The notes: generated by a model not told the origin, from the sequence alone. A stretch of 64,000 nucleotides of DNA from Candidatus Hydrogenedentota bacterium (GCA_963668025.2 CAXXTH010000010.1:896001-960000), one strand, 5' to 3'; positions 49,938 through 60,519 are shown, numbered from the stretch's first letter. A program made the numbers and translations.

Positions 49938-50549
49938 CTACTGCTCCTCCAGCTCTTTGGGTATCACGGAATCCCCCACGCGCAACAGCACACGAGAAGG
50001 CTCGATGCTCTCGACCGCGATTCCGGAGTCAAAGACATAACCGGGATAAACCACCTCGTTGTTGACGACTGCAATGGGAGCTCTTTTATCCCACACGATT
50101 CCGGTAACAACCATATTTAATGCGAGGCGTTGGGCCGCGCTTGCATTCAATGCGCTTGGCGCGCCACCCTCTTCAGATGTCGTGAGCTGGGTCATGGCGC
50201 GGTCGCCCACAAGCGGAGTCATGGGGTCGCGCGTTTCCCGTTCGAGCGCATAATCAAAATCGACTTCTTTGATGCTGGCCAGCAGCTCATCGATGTTCAC
50301 ATTGCTTTGCTTGAAGGCGGACGCGCTGGCGGCTCCTTGGGCCGACGCAGGCGCTTTGGCTTGGGCAGCCGCACCGGCTGCGGCATTTGCCGCCGCTGCT
50401 GGCTGCGCCGTAGCCGGTTTTGCGCCATTTTGCGGCGCGGGCGGCGTGGTGGATGCGGGAAATATCGCTTTGAACACGAAATAGGCGACCACAACCAGTA
50501 ATACCGCCAAAAAAATAATCTTACCTTTTGAAGTTTTTTTGTCGCTCAT
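49938..50549 (-). CDS. PilP-like protein
   Basis: N-terminal TM, RDPM and VTGIVWD; located between pilO and pilQ. Confidence 0.65.
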   Translation of the reverse strand: MSDKKTSKGKIIFLAVLLVVVAYFVFKAIFPASTTPPAPQNGAKPATAQPAAAANAAAGAAAQAKAPASAQGAASASAFKQSNVNIDELLASIKEVDFDYALERETRDPMTPLVGDRAMTQLTTSEEGGAPSALNASAAQRLALNMVVTGIVWDKRAPIAVVNNEVVYPGYVFDSGIAVESIEPSRVLLRVGDSVIPKELEEQ

Positions 50550-51205
50550 GACGCACCTCCACCAGCGGCGGCCGGTGTTCCTGCAGGCGCCCCTGCAGGC
50601 GCTCCAGCAGCGGGCGCCCCTGCGGGTGTTCCGGCAGGCTTATCGGGCAGTTGTACGAATTGGAAGGTGCTGAGCGTGAAATCGGCCGCGCTGACGCCGT
50701 TATCTTGCTCCCCGATTTTGAGGTCGCTAATTTTGAGGTAGCGCTCGAAGCGTTCCAGGCTGTTGATGAATCCGGCGATCTGGTGGAAGTTGCCATAGGC
50801 CGTGACTTTAAATGGGATCGTCTGGATTTGCTTTGCATCATCGCGTTCGATGGGCATAGGCGTCACTTCAACCCGGAGGTTCACCTCGTTCGCCATGTTT
50901 TCTAGTTCCGTTACGAGGCTGAGCAATTCGCGTGTGGAAGGCAAACGCTTCTCGAAATCGCTTACGAGTTTTTGCGTTTTATCCATTTCACTTTTCAGGT
51001 CGCCGAATTTTTTTTGCTTGGCTTTGGCTTCCGCCAGGTCCGCGGTGATGCGGTTAATATCTTGTTGTATGATGTCGGCCTTCAGAATGCTGCGCTGATG
51101 CACCACAAAGAAAAACAGCAAGGCTATCAACACGGTCGCCGCAAGGACAGAGCCTACAATAATCCAGTCTTTTGGCGCTATGGCTCCTCGATACAGCTCG
51201 CTCAT
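50546..51205 (-). CDS. pilO: type IV pilus protein PilO
   Basis: TM plus coiled coil; RLP and GNFHQIAGFINSLE. Confidence 0.85.
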   Translation of the reverse strand: MSELYRGAIAPKDWIIVGSVLAATVLIALLFFFVVHQRSILKADIIQQDINRITADLAEAKAKQKKFGDLKSEMDKTQKLVSDFEKRLPSTRELLSLVTELENMANEVNLRVEVTPMPIERDDAKQIQTIPFKVTAYGNFHQIAGFINSLERFERYLKISDLKIGEQDNGVSAADFTLSTFQFVQLPDKPAGTPAGAPAAGAPAGAPAGTPAAAGGGAS

Positions 51206-51852
51206 GATGCTGGGCTCCCCGGCAGTATGATGTATTCGAGCGTGAACTCTCTCACGGGAACTCCCTCGAAATCCGTATCTTTGAAAGACGGCGGTTCCAC
51301 GCGGAAGCGTTCGGCGAATTCAGGGTTGGCCTCTGTCGCCGCCATCAAGGGATTCACATCCGCGATGCCTGCTTCGGTGCGTGCGATATAACCTTCGAGC
51401 CGCAATATGGGCTGCTGCACGGTGGTGATTTTCGTCTCATCTTTTTTCGTTTGAGGGTTATGCACTTGCGTCGATTCTTTATACGATTTTTTATCGACGC
51501 TGATGTTTTTATACCAGAAGTTATCGGGCAGCAAGCGACTCATATTCCATAATTGGCGGGACCAGAGAATGCGATCTTTGGTGATTTCCGCGATGGTGTT
51601 GATTTTGCTCGCAAGCTGGGTTTTGGTTTGTTCCAAGCGGTTATACTCGTCAATCACCTCTTTTAGTTCGTCGAGTTCAGATTGAAGCTTGGCTTTTGCT
51701 CCATTTTTGGAGATAAGGCGTGCTTGATCCGCCACAAAGACCGCGAACATGCCGAAAACCGCTAGAGCGACGACCGCCGCTGTCAGCAGGTAAGGAACGA
51801 TGCTTCGGCGCACGGGGCGCAAGTGCATGGGGAGGAGGTTTACTTGGATCAT
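51202..51852 (-). CDS. pilN: type IV pilus protein PilN
   Basis: MIQVNLLP motif, TM and coiled coil. Confidence 0.85.
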   Translation of the reverse strand: MIQVNLLPMHLRPVRRSIVPYLLTAAVVALAVFGMFAVFVADQARLISKNGAKAKLQSELDELKEVIDEYNRLEQTKTQLASKINTIAEITKDRILWSRQLWNMSRLLPDNFWYKNISVDKKSYKESTQVHNPQTKKDETKITTVQQPILRLEGYIARTEAGIADVNPLMAATEANPEFAERFRVEPPSFKDTDFEGVPVREFTLEYIILPGSPAS

Positions 51853-53117
51853 AATTCAGCCATCCCCCTTGCCGCGAGGCCTACGGCCACCATGAATTGG
51901 GCGGGCATTTTGCTCATAGGCTCGATGGCGTCTTCACGCCCGAGGAATAGGGCGCTGTCGGCGGGATCAGCGACCTCGACATGTTCGAGGGCGAGTTCCT
52001 CTCGAAGTGTATTGCGCAGCACGGTGAGATGGGCTGCGCCGCCGCTCAAGAGTATGCGGTCCACTGGGCGCTCGTATAGTTGTTGTTCGTAATAGTCAAA
52101 CGAACGCCGGATTTCGCCCACGAGGCGGGCTAAGGGCGCATGCAAAATGGAGTCAAGGCTTTGCTCCACTCCCGCCCCCGCGCCTCCGATCTGAGGCGCT
52201 AATGGCGCTGGCGTGGCGGGCGACACGCTCAATTCTTCATCTAGGGGATCGAGCGGGCTGCCGCCCAAGTCCTCGAGTTCGCTTTTGGGGGAGGAAGCGG
52301 TTTTTCCGAACCCTTCCATGAGGCCGCCGCTTCTCAAGGAATGGGGCTCTTCGATGGGGTGTTGCGCCTCAGGCATGGCGGGGGGTGTGGAATGCCCCAT
52401 ATCGCGCAGTAATTGTTCGGCGACGGCGGTATCGCATCGGCGGGCTTTGCCAATGGCCTGCGTCATTTCCCGCGCACCCCAGTTCACATCGCGGTAGAAA
52501 TTAGATAGGCCGTCTTTTACGAAATGCACGATGGTGGATGAGGCCCCGATGTCGATTAAGGCGACGGTCTCGCCTATCCGAAGAAAATCGCAGCTTTCCG
52601 CGGCGTCGGCCAGCGCTAGGGAATCCACTCCAAGGATATTAAAATGAATATCAGCGGCTTCGCCTATTTGAAGCCGTGAATCGATGAGTTCATGCTTGGC
52701 CGCCACTAAGAGCACTTTTGCGACTGCTTCCGTGCCTTCAATGCCTCGGTCCAGCACGGTCCAATCGAGGAAGACTTCTGACAGTTCATAGGGAAGATTC
52801 TGGCTGGCTTCGCGTTCAATGGCTCGCTGTAGTTCCGTATCCGTGGCGTCGGGCAGCCGGGGATACCGTATCACTACGGCTTGGCCGGGAAGCGCTCCGA
52901 CGAAGATGCTTCCCCCTAACGCAGTGCGCCGTAACGCCTCGCGCACCGCGCTGGACTGGGCTTCGATAGGGTCTGTGTTAAGGCGGTTGGAGTCAATAAG
53001 GGCATATCCCGCGCTGTCGATGCGCAGTTTGCCTCCGGCTTTAGACATTTGCACGGTTTTGACGGAATACGTGCCGATGTCAACGCCTACTGCTCTGCTT
53101 GGTTTAGAGAACAACAC
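51849..53117 (-). CDS. pilM: type IV pilus protein PilM
   Basis: GVDIGTYSVK, IDIGA, LSGGAA and AVGLA actin-like motifs. Confidence 0.9.
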   Translation of the reverse strand: MLFSKPSRAVGVDIGTYSVKTVQMSKAGGKLRIDSAGYALIDSNRLNTDPIEAQSSAVREALRRTALGGSIFVGALPGQAVVIRYPRLPDATDTELQRAIEREASQNLPYELSEVFLDWTVLDRGIEGTEAVAKVLLVAAKHELIDSRLQIGEAADIHFNILGVDSLALADAAESCDFLRIGETVALIDIGASSTIVHFVKDGLSNFYRDVNWGAREMTQAIGKARRCDTAVAEQLLRDMGHSTPPAMPEAQHPIEEPHSLRSGGLMEGFGKTASSPKSELEDLGGSPLDPLDEELSVSPATPAPLAPQIGGAGAGVEQSLDSILHAPLARLVGEIRRSFDYYEQQLYERPVDRILLSGGAAHLTVLRNTLREELALEHVEVADPADSALFLGREDAIEPMSKMPAQFMVAVGLAARGMAEL

Positions 53118-53644
53118 AGCCTGCCACTCCGCCCCCCCAGTTTGCTTTGAACCCGCGCGGCGGATATTGGCCCCCGGCACGGATTATACCCGGCCTTTCA
53201 GCTCTATTTTACCACAACCCTTATACGTAGAGTACCAAAAATACAAGTGTTTGTCAACACTTTAATCCACTTTTATGTGCCGGTAGGGCATGAGGTCCGC
53301 GTTGTCCATGAGATTCCCCATTAAGAAGTTAGGAAGCTCAACTGCTTGGAAGCATGCCGCATCTGTGCTCAAAATAATGATGTTGGATGTAATAAACAGT
53401 TGACGCGACCCAAGCTTTCCCCTCTAGCCCTCCATGGGGGGCTATTGATCCTAAGAGTACACGAAAAATGCGCGAAATGCCAACACTTTTCTGCAATATC
53501 TCCGATGAAGATGGGCAAACGCCTTATCGAATGGCGATAAAGAACCGATTACATGAAATGGAGAGGCGGTTGTTGTATTGACGGGTTTGGCTGTCAGCAG
53601 ATATCCCGCGCGGCATGGCCTCGGCCAACGATCCGGATTTTGAG

Positions 53645-53702
53645 ACCACCAAATACACTAAATACACTAAAATTTCGAGGGTAGGGTGGGGCTGGCCCCA
53701 CC
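53645..53702. repeat. 9-nt-periodic repeat plus GTAG REP
   Basis: ACCACCAAATACACTAAATACACTAAA (53645-53671); GTAGGGTGGGGCTGGCCCCACC (53681-53702). Confidence 0.8.
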
Positions 53703-53819
53703 GTTCAACGGATACATCCACCAAAAAAACTATGCAAAAACCGTAGGACCTAACAAGTTAAAATACAATGGTTTACAGAGAAAATCCTCGCAAAAAAACA
53801 CTATTTTAACAGATAGTAG

Positions 53820-53851
53820 CGCGGAATAGGCCCGAGCGGGCCTATTCCGCG
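53820..53851 (-). terminator. stem-loop after the symporter gene
   Basis: CGCGGAATAGGCCC-GAGC-GGGCCTATTCCGCG. Confidence 0.65.
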
Positions 53852-53857
53852 TGATGT

Positions 53858-55489
53858 TTACCAGAAGATGATGTAGAGAATAACGGTGGCGAGGATTACG
53901 CCGCCGCCCATCACAAAACGATAGGGGCATGGAGTGATGTCTAGGCTCGATACCGGCATTTCAATCGGTTTCAGAAGAGGCCGTTTATAAGTGACAACCA
54001 GCATTAAGGCCACCAGCACGAGGAACACAAGGCCCATATGGTGCAGGAAAGCCCAGTCATTAAATTTAACCAGGTCAGGCGACGGAATCAGCTTGCCTCC
54101 GAAGCGGCATATGCCATATAGCGGCACACCAAGCAGTAATGCGCTTTTGGCCGCTATAGCTGGCGTGCGTTTCACGAGAATTCCTACGATAAACGCCGCC
54201 ACGATGCCGGGTGAGATGAAGCCCCAGATTTCTTGGATGTAAGTGTATACACCTTCGAATCGAGATATGATAGGGGCCCACAGGCACGCAATAACCACGA
54301 ATACGGCGGTTGATATGCGCCCCACGAAAACTTCCTTTTGTGGTGTCATGTTTTTATTGACAAATTTTGCGTAGATGTCGATAGTGAAAATGGTTGATGC
54401 GGAATTTAAGCCTGCGGTGAATGTGCTCATCACAGCGCCGCATAGGGCTGCGAACATGACGCCGCGCAACTCTGGGGGCAGTAGCGTGCGTATCATGTAG
54501 GGATACGCTTTATCGCCTTTGTCAATCACATCGCTATATAGTTGATAAGCGATAATTCCAGGTATCACGATGATAAATGGAATGCACAGCTTGATGAATG
54601 CCGCGAACATGATGCCCCGCTGGCCTTCCGCCAAGTTTTTCGCGCCTAATACCCGTTGGGTGATGAATTGGTTTAGCCCCCAGTAAAAGATGTTTGGAAT
54701 CCATAATCCTCCGATAAACACGGCTATCCATGGCACATCGGGATCGTTCCAAGGTAAAATAGTGTGGAGCTTTGCTTCATTGTGCTCCATCATGTTTTGC
54801 CAGCCGGTAATGAGGTTTCCTTCACCGAGTGCGCATAATCCTATAATGGAAACAAGGGCGCCGCCGAGGAGCAGCGCGCCGCCCTGGAGCAGATCGGACC
54901 AAACCACGGCCTTGAGTCCGCCGTAGATGGTGTAACTGCCCGCGACAATTCCTATGAGCCAGATGCCGGTTACATTCGCCCAAAAGTCCGCTTGTTCTGG
55001 CAGCATGTTAAAGTGATCTTGGAAAGCCTGTGGTATGTTGAAAATGGCGTTCATGGCAATAGAGCCGCTGTAGAGCACGGTGGAGAGGAGCACGATGATG
55101 TATGCCGCCATGATGTAGATCGCCATGATGGAACGCGTAGAGGAATCGTATCGATATTCTAGAAACTCGGGCATGGTGTAGATGCCCGCTTTCAAAAATT
55201 TGGGTAATAGCCATATCGCCACGATGACAAGGGTGATCGCCGCCATCCATTCATAGCTGGCAATTGCAAGGCCGACTCGCCCATAGGCGGAGCCCGCCAT
55301 GCCCACGAAATGTTCTGTCGAGATGTTTGATGCGATGAGGGAAAAACCGATTAGCCACCAGTTAAGCTTGCGTCCAGCGAGGAAATAATCTTCCGAAGAA
55401 TTCTCTTTGCGGCCCGCGTAAAGAGAAACAGCCAGGACAGTTCCCATAAAGGCTATAAAAACTACTGCGTCGATCCAGTTTAATTCCAT
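53858..55489 (-). CDS. sodium:solute (sugar) symporter
   Basis: DYFLAGR, ASNISTEHFVG, YGGLKAVVWSD and YWGLNQFITQR. Confidence 0.93.
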   Translation of the reverse strand: MELNWIDAVVFIAFMGTVLAVSLYAGRKENSSEDYFLAGRKLNWWLIGFSLIASNISTEHFVGMAGSAYGRVGLAIASYEWMAAITLVIVAIWLLPKFLKAGIYTMPEFLEYRYDSSTRSIMAIYIMAAYIIVLLSTVLYSGSIAMNAIFNIPQAFQDHFNMLPEQADFWANVTGIWLIGIVAGSYTIYGGLKAVVWSDLLQGGALLLGGALVSIIGLCALGEGNLITGWQNMMEHNEAKLHTILPWNDPDVPWIAVFIGGLWIPNIFYWGLNQFITQRVLGAKNLAEGQRGIMFAAFIKLCIPFIIVIPGIIAYQLYSDVIDKGDKAYPYMIRTLLPPELRGVMFAALCGAVMSTFTAGLNSASTIFTIDIYAKFVNKNMTPQKEVFVGRISTAVFVVIACLWAPIISRFEGVYTYIQEIWGFISPGIVAAFIVGILVKRTPAIAAKSALLLGVPLYGICRFGGKLIPSPDLVKFNDWAFLHHMGLVFLVLVALMLVVTYKRPLLKPIEMPVSSLDITPCPYRFVMGGGVILATVILYIIFW

Positions 55490-55812
55490 CGTATTTGGCT
55501 CCTTTTTGACTGTAGAACGAGGTATCTCCCATTATTGCCCATGGTTTTTGCATGCGTATTTCGGCGTCATATGAGGTGAAGTCTCTTCGATAGAGTCCTT
55601 ATATGTCAACAGATTTATTGCCGTTTCCCGGCAGAGACTGAAGAACCCCCGAGCTTTAACTAGAGTACAGCGGCGGGGCGTACCGCGCTTGGGTATAAAT
55701 GTGAATAATTTGTATGATTCCCCGCTTATTTAAAATAGCTTTTGGGAACTGGCGCATCGGCGGATGTGTCGCCCGTGGCACATGATTTTCGTCTCAGATA
55801 ATGTGTTTTTGG

Positions 55813-55851
55813 GGGCATAGCGGCATGGCTTTTATCCATGCCGCTATGCCC
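55813..55851 (-). terminator. intercistronic stem-loop
   Basis: 16-bp stem GGGCATAGCGGCATGG/CCATGCCGCTATGCCC with no U-tract. Confidence 0.55.
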
Positions 55852-55863
55852 TTACCGACGTCT

Positions 55864-58206
55864 TTACTCTACTTTCATATAGGAGTTTAGCACTGGCCGG
55901 TGCTTGATCAGCGAATATCCCAAATCGGCCAGGTAATTGAATCGCGCGGGAGCTTCCCCTTTTTCTGTCTTATAGCATAGAGAGGCCACTTTCGGGTCCG
56001 TTCCAGACTCGGGCGTTTCTTTCAATTGAATCGTGCCCCAATCCCAGGGAAGCCCGGCTGTGGTGTCGTCAGACAGATCGCTTAAGTAAACGATCGTTCC
56101 ATCCGCCTTGACCAAGCGGGCATTGCCCCAATCGCCATAATCACATTCTTGCCCATTGACGCCGTCCGCCACGCAAAGCCGCAATACTTGCGCGCCTTCC
56201 ACGCTGACTTGGATCGTTTTGGCTTCATCTTTGCCGGTCATCGCCGATGTTTGGAATCCGTACAACGCCTCGACCATTGTGGAATCGTTTGCGCTGATGC
56301 TCGTTTTCACCACATCCCCAGCGCGCACCGCGCCATCGACACAAACCTTGAATGTGACCGCGCCTTTGCCTTCGGAAGCCGCGTCCACGCCGATGTCGGT
56401 GATGAACTCTTTAAATTCACCGCCTAGCGCATACACGATTTCACTCATGGCATGCACGCCCAGGCCTTTCTCGTATTTTTTCTCTCCGATTTGGAGGGGA
56501 GTTCCTTTGACGGATTTATCGAGCTGATGGTTTTCATACGCATGATACGCATACCGCAGTGCAGGCCGGGCTTGTTGCGCTTTCCACAGATCTAGGTTCA
56601 ACTCTTCGTTGAAGACCAATTGGCGCGGGCCTTTCCAGAGGCTGGCGCGGCTGTAATCCGTCTGTGCATCATTGCCGATGAATTCATTGCGTTTTTCGGT
56701 GCGCAACGGCATGGCCAGTTCCACGGCAACCTGATCCCCCGCCGTCCAGGAACGCTCCAGCACCAAATATCCGCCTTCAATTTTCGGAGAGGCTATTTTC
56801 TCGCCATTAATGGCTGCGTCTATTACTTGGCTCCATCCGGGTACGCGCACCTTGAGCGCAAAGTCCTTTGCTTGCGCTTCTTTGATGGCAATTGCCAGCT
56901 TGCCATCCGACGGATATTGCGTCTCGACGTCCAGCTTGACTACGCCGCCGTTGAGCGCAAGCTCGGTCTCTGCTGGATAATAAAGATTCATGTAAACATC
57001 TTGGCCATCCGTCGAGGCGATATATTGAGTGATTTCGGTAAGGATTGTCGTGCCATACATGGCGCAGCAGAATGGCCACGGCGAACCTTCGCGTATGAAA
57101 TCCACGCCGCGTTCACCACAGAAACCGCCCGTTTCATCCTGATCGTATAGCAGATGGTTGAGCGCGACACGTTCGGCCATGTCCATGTATTTGGTGTCTT
57201 TAGTCACACGCCAAAGGGCCAAGTTGAGGCCCAGCCAGTCACAAACACTGCATCCCTCGTCATACCAATAACAGGCAGTGAATGTCGCCGGATCGCCCAA
57301 ATGCTCGATGATGCCGCCGCCAGGCCACATCACGTGTTCGGCGAAAAACTGGTATTGCTCGAGCACTTTATTCATGAGGTCTTCATGCCCGCCCGCTAAC
57401 TCGCAAACTTGGACGGCCCCGCGTAACGACAGCAGGTACGAATGGGTATGCTGGCTGATTTTGTTGACCGGAGGCACCGTTTCGGAGATTTTTGCGGCCA
57501 TATCGAGGTATTTGACTTCATTAGTGTCCCGGTATAATTCCGCCAGCGCATCATTATTCACCCACCAAAAGGTTCCGGATGTCATGCCCGGCAGCTCTAT
57601 ATCTGGAAAGTATTGCTTTATGACGAAATCGCCTGTCAGTTTGGCTGGTTCACGAAACTTGGATTGCTCCCCTTCATACCGGCTTGCCCATACCAAGCCA
57701 GTGAGCCCACGGGCGATACCAAACCAGAAACCGACATATTTATTGGATAAATCACTCACGCCCACGCCTGTCAAACCCACATCGCCGCCAACCGGCTCGC
57801 CATTGGGAAACGAGCCATCGGGATCTTGATGCGCCAGCAATCCATACCCGATTTCATCGTAGCGGGGCGATGTTTGGCAGCCTAAGGCCATCGAGGTGCG
57901 CGCATATGACTCCAAAGTGCGGCCCGGCCAGTCCGCCCCCCACATCCCTACGGCATGCCCTGGAAGCAGCTTGTGGCGAAATCCATTCCACATGTCTTCC
58001 CTGCTGGCTTGGTCTAAATATTTAACGCCGAGTTTCATGCGCTCGGCAAGGTCGCCCCGCACGCGCACTTTGTCAAGAGAGGTGATTTTTACTTTGTTTG
58101 TAGCCGGTGTTTCCTGCGCCAAAGACGGGATTGTAAACGATATACATAACAAAAATGCCGCAATCAATCCAGGAAATCGTTTGGAACATTTGTAATGAGT
58201 AGCCAT
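55864..58206 (-). CDS. GH127/GH146-like glycoside hydrolase with NPCBM/NEW2 domain
   Basis: Signal peptide; DEGCSVC and PFCCA Zn/Cys motifs; LRVPGW-like; KGLGVHA...DWGNARL NPCBM. Confidence 0.82.
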   Translation of the reverse strand: MATHYKCSKRFPGLIAAFLLCISFTIPSLAQETPATNKVKITSLDKVRVRGDLAERMKLGVKYLDQASREDMWNGFRHKLLPGHAVGMWGADWPGRTLESYARTSMALGCQTSPRYDEIGYGLLAHQDPDGSFPNGEPVGGDVGLTGVGVSDLSNKYVGFWFGIARGLTGLVWASRYEGEQSKFREPAKLTGDFVIKQYFPDIELPGMTSGTFWWVNNDALAELYRDTNEVKYLDMAAKISETVPPVNKISQHTHSYLLSLRGAVQVCELAGGHEDLMNKVLEQYQFFAEHVMWPGGGIIEHLGDPATFTACYWYDEGCSVCDWLGLNLALWRVTKDTKYMDMAERVALNHLLYDQDETGGFCGERGVDFIREGSPWPFCCAMYGTTILTEITQYIASTDGQDVYMNLYYPAETELALNGGVVKLDVETQYPSDGKLAIAIKEAQAKDFALKVRVPGWSQVIDAAINGEKIASPKIEGGYLVLERSWTAGDQVAVELAMPLRTEKRNEFIGNDAQTDYSRASLWKGPRQLVFNEELNLDLWKAQQARPALRYAYHAYENHQLDKSVKGTPLQIGEKKYEKGLGVHAMSEIVYALGGEFKEFITDIGVDAASEGKGAVTFKVCVDGAVRAGDVVKTSISANDSTMVEALYGFQTSAMTGKDEAKTIQVSVEGAQVLRLCVADGVNGQECDYGDWGNARLVKADGTIVYLSDLSDDTTAGLPWDWGTIQLKETPESGTDPKVASLCYKTEKGEAPARFNYLADLGYSLIKHRPVLNSYMKVE

Positions 58207-58434
58207 GGAAATATCTCCTGATGGTTTTGCTCAAATAGGATACGTGTGAACAGTATTTGCCCTATGCCAGCACCTGAAAATAATGGATTCACTGTTTTTA
58301 AATTATCGTTCGGACGCATTATAAGTGAATGGTGTGTATTTCGGGCTTTGGCTGGATTGTTTACAACGGCCCTCCCTTTTTTTACTCAAAGCAGGCGCTC
58401 CTGAACAAATGCGCTCTGAACAGGCCCCAATAGT

Positions 58435-58471
58435 GTATACTCAGTATACTTCAATGCAGCCGGGAGCACAA
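58435..58471 (-). promoter_or_regulatory. promoter overlapped by a palindromic operator
   Basis: Minus strand TTGTGC-17-TATACT; palindrome GTATACTCAGTATAC at 58435-58449. Confidence 0.5.
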
Positions 58472-59193
58472 GCACTTTTTATCCTCTACGTCAATTATGG
58501 TATTCATAGGCTCCAATTGGGATACTCAAGACTACTGGCTGTATTTCTGCTGGGGCGAGATATTTGATTTGGTAAAACCTCGTAATTGGGTTGCCGGGCG
58601 AGTCTTTTTCGATCTGCAAATAACGAAAAGTGGAGTGCATGCGTATGTTCATGTGTGATCTATCTCATAACAGACTGAAGTACAATATGTTACAAGCGAA
58701 TTTGTAGAGAGCGGCCTTTGAAAGTGATAGTATGGATGGTGGTGACTAATTTGGGTGCGTATTAGGGCCAAATATGGTATATATAAAGAAGGAACACTTT
58801 GGGGCTTCGGATGGAGCATAAATGGGTAATACTCTTGCAACCGCTTATAAATAAATTGTTTACAAGTATGTTATGTCGAATATATATGATTAGACATTCG
58901 TGCAACAGTCAGGCGGCGCCAGAGGCTTGCGGCGAGGGTTGGATGGCATATGGAGCAGGCCGTCGGCTTTATGGGAGCAGGTTGACAATGCCTATCCATA
59001 ATCTACATAATAGGTTAAGCGAGCGGAGTCGTGTAGGAAGCCGGGTGTGTGGCTTTCTCATAATCCCGGCTTTATGTGTTGAGGGCCTTGCTGGAGAATA
59101 TATAGATATGCTAAGTATACATAGGGAATATAGCAATGGCAATGGCGTCCGGCTTGCTAACAAAGGCGAATAGCCTGGAATTGATCTCCTGAG

Positions 59194-60303
59194 ATGATTC
59201 AAGCATCAGATATCGTTGTGGATCGAGATTCGAATGAACCGCTTTACCAGCAGATTAAGAACTGCATTGTAGAGAATATTCGAAATGGCAAATGGCGGCC
59301 AAACGAGAAATTGCCTTCCTATAAAGATTTGGTTGAAGGGACGTGTGTCAGCCTAATCACCATTCAATTATCCGTGGGAGCCCTTGTAAAGGAGGGGGTG
59401 CTTTGCCGCAAGCGGGGCGTAGGCGTGTTTACGGCGCCGCCAGCGGCCATCACGCACACGAATGAGATTGGGTTGTTGCTGCCTGATTTGCGGCATCCAT
59501 TCTTTTCGAGCCTTGCCCATTTGGTGCAGACATACGGAGCCAGGCATAAGCATACGGTAGCGATTTTTTCTTTGAGCGGTTCGCAAGAAGAGATGGTGCA
59601 TACGGCGGATTTGCTGGAGCATCAGACGTGGGACGGCATCATCACCAGCCATGCGATTGTGGAGCGGCTTCCTTCACAGTTTTTTACGTTGAATGAACAG
59701 TGCAAGCCGATTGTGTTTGTCGATGGCAGTGCGCCGGACGGCGGATATGATTATGTGGAAACGGATAATGAAATCGCCATGGACCAGGTATTGTCGTATC
59801 TGACAAGCCTGGGACACCAGCGCATTGGCTTCGCGGCGGGGCCATTGACGAAGGGGGTCCGGGAGCGGATAGGGTGTTTTCGCGCCGCGCTGGTGCGCCA
59901 TGGCTTGCTGGATACGACCACTTTGCTGCAAATTGGCGCGGAGCTGGATGAGCAGGCTGGCGAGCATGCGGGCAACACCCTATTGTCATTGAGAGAACCG
60001 CCGACCGCGATCGTCTGTGCGAACGACGTGGTGGCGGCAGGAGTGATCAATGCCAGCAAGGCATTAGGAATGTCTTGTCCCCGGGATGTGTCCGTGGTGG
60101 GATTTGACGATATCCTTGTCGCGCGTCATTTGGATCCGCCGCTGACTACCGTGCATCAGCCGCTGGAAGCGATTGCGGAATCGGCCGTAAACCTATTATT
60201 AGAGCGTATTCAATGGGGCAGTGAAGACGAGCATCCGCCCAGGGCGGTGTTGCTGCCGCCAAAATTGGTCATTAGAGAAAGTGTCGCGGCTCCCAGTAAA
60301 TAG
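59194..60303 (+). CDS. GntR wHTH/LacI sugar-binding chimeric regulator (AraR-like)
   Basis: PLYQQIK...KLPS...GVGVF; CANDVVA, SVVGFDD and LTTVHQP. Confidence 0.9.
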   Translation: MIQASDIVVDRDSNEPLYQQIKNCIVENIRNGKWRPNEKLPSYKDLVEGTCVSLITIQLSVGALVKEGVLCRKRGVGVFTAPPAAITHTNEIGLLLPDLRHPFFSSLAHLVQTYGARHKHTVAIFSLSGSQEEMVHTADLLEHQTWDGIITSHAIVERLPSQFFTLNEQCKPIVFVDGSAPDGGYDYVETDNEIAMDQVLSYLTSLGHQRIGFAAGPLTKGVRERIGCFRAALVRHGLLDTTTLLQIGAELDEQAGEHAGNTLLSLREPPTAIVCANDVVAAGVINASKALGMSCPRDVSVVGFDDILVARHLDPPLTTVHQPLEAIAESAVNLLLERIQWGSEDEHPPRAVLLPPKLVIRESVAAPSK

Positions 60304-60486
60304 GTCTAAATTATTTATTTAAATAGACTTAAGTGAATTATCTCCTTTTGGGCGATTGTATGCCGATATGATATAATCTCCCGCTTCGGGCTGGCCCCAT
60401 TCACACCTCGCATCGAATTCGTAACTTATACATGCCTTTTAGCGGATTTTCTTTTCTTTTATACGAATGAACCGGTGAAAAAGGTC

Positions 60487-60519
60487 TTGACAAATTAGTC
60501 TATATGTACTATATATAGA
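60487..60519 (+). promoter_or_regulatory. sigma-70 promoter with overlapping palindrome
   Basis: TTGACA-17-TATATA; TCTATAT-N7-ATATAGA at 60499-60519. Confidence 0.55.

Noticed and set aside
58325-59173. Short ORFs or a riboswitch in the ~1-kb intergenic region
   Set aside because: No protein motifs and no RNA consensus that I can recognise
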